A DNA stretch of 63,841 bases, counting the filler, from Octopus bimaculoides (taxonomy: Eukaryota): NCBI RefSeq assembly GCF_001194135.2. It is 8 parts of 6 records of this genome, joined end to end, with 100 filler letters (N's around TTAATTAATTAA, not from the genome) between each part and the next. Parts side by side here need not be neighbours in the genome. Positions count along the whole stretch, not along the records: positions 59,233 to 62,476 come from NC_068987.1; positions 62,577 to 63,841 come from NC_068991.1; 6 more parts are not named here. One strand, written 5' to 3'. Below are positions 61,874 to 63,841 of this stretch, piece after piece; within the stretch, counting starts at the first letter, position 1; each line of letters starts with the position of its first letter. Below the pieces are notes generated by a model. It saw only the letters and a list, made by a program, of their open reading frames with translations. It did not search any database and was not told the origin of the DNA. The position numbers and the translations under genes are program-made.

Positions 61874-62430
61874 ATCTGTGCGTGAAAATAACAGATAAAC
61901 ATGTTTAAGGACATGAATTATTGTTAGTTTATTCATGTAGGTATTCAAATGTAGACGAAATATAACATAAACATACAATAATTTATATCTATTACGCAGC
62001 CCACGTGTGGTTGCGAGATTGGGGGTTTCTGCTGGGACTGCCATAACATGATATAAACGTTTATTTTAAAAACAGATTTATGAAAATTTTATGGTATTCT
62101 CAATGGCAAATTTCCCTCATTTACTTACATACACATAACGCAGAGTAAGGAACAATTATAAGCCTCTGTGCGTATTAATGTGCGTATGTGTGAAAATGTG
62201 TGAGTCAGTGTGTATGTGTTAGCGTGAGTGTGTGCGTGTGTGTTTGTGTGTGCATGTATGTGCCCCTATTTGTTTGTACAAACACACATATATTTATATG
62301 CACACGTGTAAATATATATACATGTTTGTTTTTTTTTTCATAAGTATGTGCATATTTCTATCAGTCCATCTCTCACGCTCTTTTTCTTTCCCTCCTCTTT
62401 CTCCTTCTCGATATGTATGTATATATATGA

Positions 62431-62476
<46 letters not shown>

Positions 62477-62639
62477 NNNNNNNNNNNNNNNNNNNNNNNN
62501 NNNNNNNNNNNNNNNNNNNNTTAATTAATTAANNNNNNNNNNNNNNNNNNNNNNNNNNNNNNNNNNNNNNNNNNNNTATATATATATAGGTGAGAAAGTT
62601 GGTATGTGAAAGTTGGTATATATATATATATATATATAT

Positions 62640-63030
62640 TCTTTTGTCTCTGTCATTTGAGTACGGCCATACTGGAGCACCGATTTTAATGGAACAAATC
62701 GACCACATGACTTATTATTCTTTGTAAGCCTAGTACTTATTCTATCGGTCTCTTTTGCCGAACCGCTAAGTTTCGGGGACATAAACTCACCAACATCAGT
62801 TGTCAAGCGAAGGGAGGAGAAACACAGAGACACACAAAGGTATATGTATATATATATATGCATATATACGACGTGCTTCTTTCAGTTTCCATCTACCAAA
62901 TCCTCTCATAAGGTTTGGTCAGCACAAGGCTATAGCAGAAGACACTTGACCAATGTGCCACTCATTGGGAATGAACCCGGTATCATGTGGTTAGGAAGCA
63001 AGCTTCTTACCACATAACCTCACCTGCGCT
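62640..63030 (-). mobile_element. Family-2 SINE, near full length
   Basis: Reverse complement of the family-2 pattern. Confidence 0.85.
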
Positions 63031-63405
63031 TATCTTTTCTCTTTTCAAAGAAAATATTTCTCCCAGCGTCCACTATTTTCCCTCTCGTTCTGGTCTAATG
63101 ACCTCCATATTTATTTTGTTCGATTCTTTGTATACCTCCACTGTACTGTTTTGTTCCCAACTTTGACCCTCCATAAATCCCAAATTTGATTTTGGTATTT
63201 ATGGGGGCAAATGCCTTCGAAGACTCATATTGTTGTTGAATGCTCGAAATGAAGAGTAGATAGACAGCCGATAACTGATGAAGGGTTGTACTTTATGTTA
63301 CTTGTCCTGTTTTCCATTTTATTCTCTCGTTGTTTGCATATTTAACTCGTTTGTTTTCGTACTTCATGTTTATAGTTGGTGACGTCTTGTACCCGTATAT
63401 GCATA

Positions 63406-63409
<4 letters not shown>

Positions 63410-63463
<54 letters not shown>

Positions 63464-63488
63464 CATACATACATATATATATATATAG

Positions 63489-63520
<32 letters not shown>

Positions 63521-63660
63521 ACACACACAGAAACGTATATGCATACTCAGACACACATGCACACACACATATACACACATATACAGATACAGATAAAGGG
63601 ACAGAGAAGCAGGCAGGCAGACAAACTGACAAACAGACAGAGAAACAAACCGACTGATAA

Positions 63661-63724
<64 letters not shown>

Positions 63725-63725
63725 A
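63410..63725. repeat. (TATC)n/(TA)n/(GATA)n microsatellites
   Basis: Direct observation. Confidence 0.9.
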
Positions 63726-63841
63726 TAAATAGACTGATTGATAGACATAGTTGCCTATATTTATCTATAAATATGTATGGATGAGTACGGAAGTATTTAT
63801 AACTATATAAATATATTCATATATATATATATATATATATA

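Noticed and set aside
63215-63292. CCTTCGAA...CTGATGAAGG as a third hammerhead
   Set aside because: GAAA core incomplete and stems I and III cannot be formed; at most a decayed PLE-like terminus

Overview
Draft eukaryotic genomic sequence, very likely Octopus, inferred from its tRNA-derived SINE families, RTE tails with (GAT)n ends and dense microsatellites. Seven artificial 100-bp spacers (44 N + TTAATTAATTAA + 44 N) split it into eight blocks, so adjacency across those joins is unproven. The one clear gene is a + strand VWA3A orthologue in block 37606-59132, with 12 exons. Eleven complete exons (43874-57853) splice GT-AG in one frame for 477 codons; an upstream exon at 42349 is cut by an N gap. 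The N- and C-terminal exons were not found. The rest is mostly mobile DNA: RTE LINEs, R4/Dong-like elements in (TAA)n, a Penelope-like RT, Tc1/mariner, pogo and piggyBac MITEs, a Helitron fragment and many SINEs. Best leads: (1) an inverted dimer of mariner left ends, each with a perfect RFX X-box, in a VWA3A intron; (2) two hammerhead-ribozyme cores, one inside a 290-bp intronic foldback; (3) five tandem R-P-x-S/T-[A/S] motifs in VWA3A that match the CILK1/MAK kinase consensus; (4) an intronic mariner with an intact D,D34D domain beside a candidate alternative exon; (5) inverted repeat pairs bracketing VWA3A exons. Comparisons to known proteins and consensus motifs are from memory, not from searches. 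Repeat boundaries are approximate.
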